Below, one piece after another: positions 63,003 through 64,000 of a stretch of 64,000 nt of DNA. Every line of letters begins with the position of its first letter. Within the stretch, counting starts at the first letter, position 1. The position numbers and the translations under genes are program-made. The notes below the pieces were generated by a model, which was not told where the DNA came from, ran no database searches, and was given only the letters and a program-made list of their open reading frames with translations. Source of the stretch: Macrostomum lignano (lineage: Eukaryota); the NCBI GenBank assembly GCA_002269645.1, contig NIVC01000337.1:186001-250000 (forward strand), written 5' to 3'.

Positions 63003-63479
63003 ATTAAAATGAATTCGATTCTTGGCCCATCTGCAGTCCCTTCGCGTGTCTATAAAATATGATCCCCCGAAACTGGAATGGACAGCGACGCTCTCTCATT
63101 GGCTGCAAGTTGATTTGCTTGAGGACCAATCAGATTCAATGAAATTCGATAAAAATTTATCTATAGGAATAACAGGCCTTTTGTTGCGCGCGCGCAAGCA
63201 AATTGGGAAGAATGGCTGATAGACAAAATTGGCTGTCTTTATCCAATGTTTTCATCTCTAACAGTGGGGGCTCGGGCTGTGCGGGCTGACAGGCAGTTCA
63301 AGATTTTGCCTTTGGGTGGTCTTTGTTTCTATGCGTGCCCAGCGCGGCTGAGAGATCCTTATCGAGTATGCAGAGCCGCTGAATTCATCCAGTAATCTGG
63401 GATGATGAAGCGCTGGTCCAGTAAGCTCGATGTCAATAGTGGATGAGAGAGCAGAAATCGGAGAGAGCGGAGATCAGAG

Positions 63480-63493
63480 CGAGAGAGGGAGAG

Positions 63494-63540
<47 letters not shown>

Positions 63541-64000
63541 AGGTAGAGAGCGGAGATCAGGGAGAGAGCGGAGATCGGGGAGAGAGCGGAGATCGGGGAG
63601 AGAGTGGAGATCAGGTAGAGAGTGGAGATCAGGGAGAGAGCGGAGATCAGGGAGAGAGCGGAGATCAGGGAGAGAGCGGAGATCGGGGAGAGAGCGGAGA
63701 TCGGGGAGAGAGTGGAGATCAGGTAGAGAGTGGAGATCAGGGAGAGAGCGGAGATCAGGGAGAGAGTGGAGATCGGGGAGAGAGTGGAGATCGGGTAGAG
63801 AGCGGAGATCGGGGAGAGAGCGGAGATCAGGGAGAGAGTGGAGATCGGGGAGAGAGCGGAGATCAGGGAGAGAGTGGAGATCAGGGAGAGAGAGTGGAGA
63901 TCAGGGGAGAGAGCGGAGATCAGGGAGAGAGTGGAGATCGGGGAGAGAGCGGAGATCAGGGGAGAGAGCGGAGATCAGGGGAGAGAGTGGAGATCAGGGG
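63480..64000. repeat. (GA)n followed by an 18-bp minisatellite GGGAGAGAG(C/T)GGAGATC(A/G), running off the window end
   Basis: Direct periodicity. Confidence 0.95.

Noticed and set aside
63258-63425. Possible terminal exon of a minus-strand gene starting beyond the window
   Set aside because: Two frames are open after the candidate acceptor at 63426 and there is no recognisable homology.

Overview
Eukaryotic (metazoan) genomic DNA: short GC-rich exons with GT-AG introns, many of them filled by their own minisatellite. This style suggests a free-living flatworm such as Macrostomum (inference, not proven). No CRISPR or prokaryotic features. Left to right: a decayed DIRS/Ngaro-type retrotransposon (runs off the left edge); two copies of a tRNA-derived SINE; the 3' exons of WDR43/UTP5; NDUFAF3; a Tctex-1-domain gene; a tRNA-Ile with an unusual GAT anticodon; an 8-exon uncharacterised gene with motifs like ciliary microtubule-inner proteins; a 2-TM protein; about 9 kb of arrays with no convincing gene; a FABP gene and a convergent cytochrome b5 gene whose shared 3' region is tandemly duplicated; a hAT MITE; a gelsolin pseudogene fragment; a single-exon 978-aa secreted protein made of about 72 cationic 13-aa repeats separated by RR sites (the most striking object); a calmodulin-like EF-hand gene; acylphosphatase; and a heparan sulfate 3-O-sulfotransferase whose first 5' splice site is amplified into 17 identical tandem copies. 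Most long ORFs in the supplied track are artefacts of tandem repeats. All exon models and counts were made by eye.
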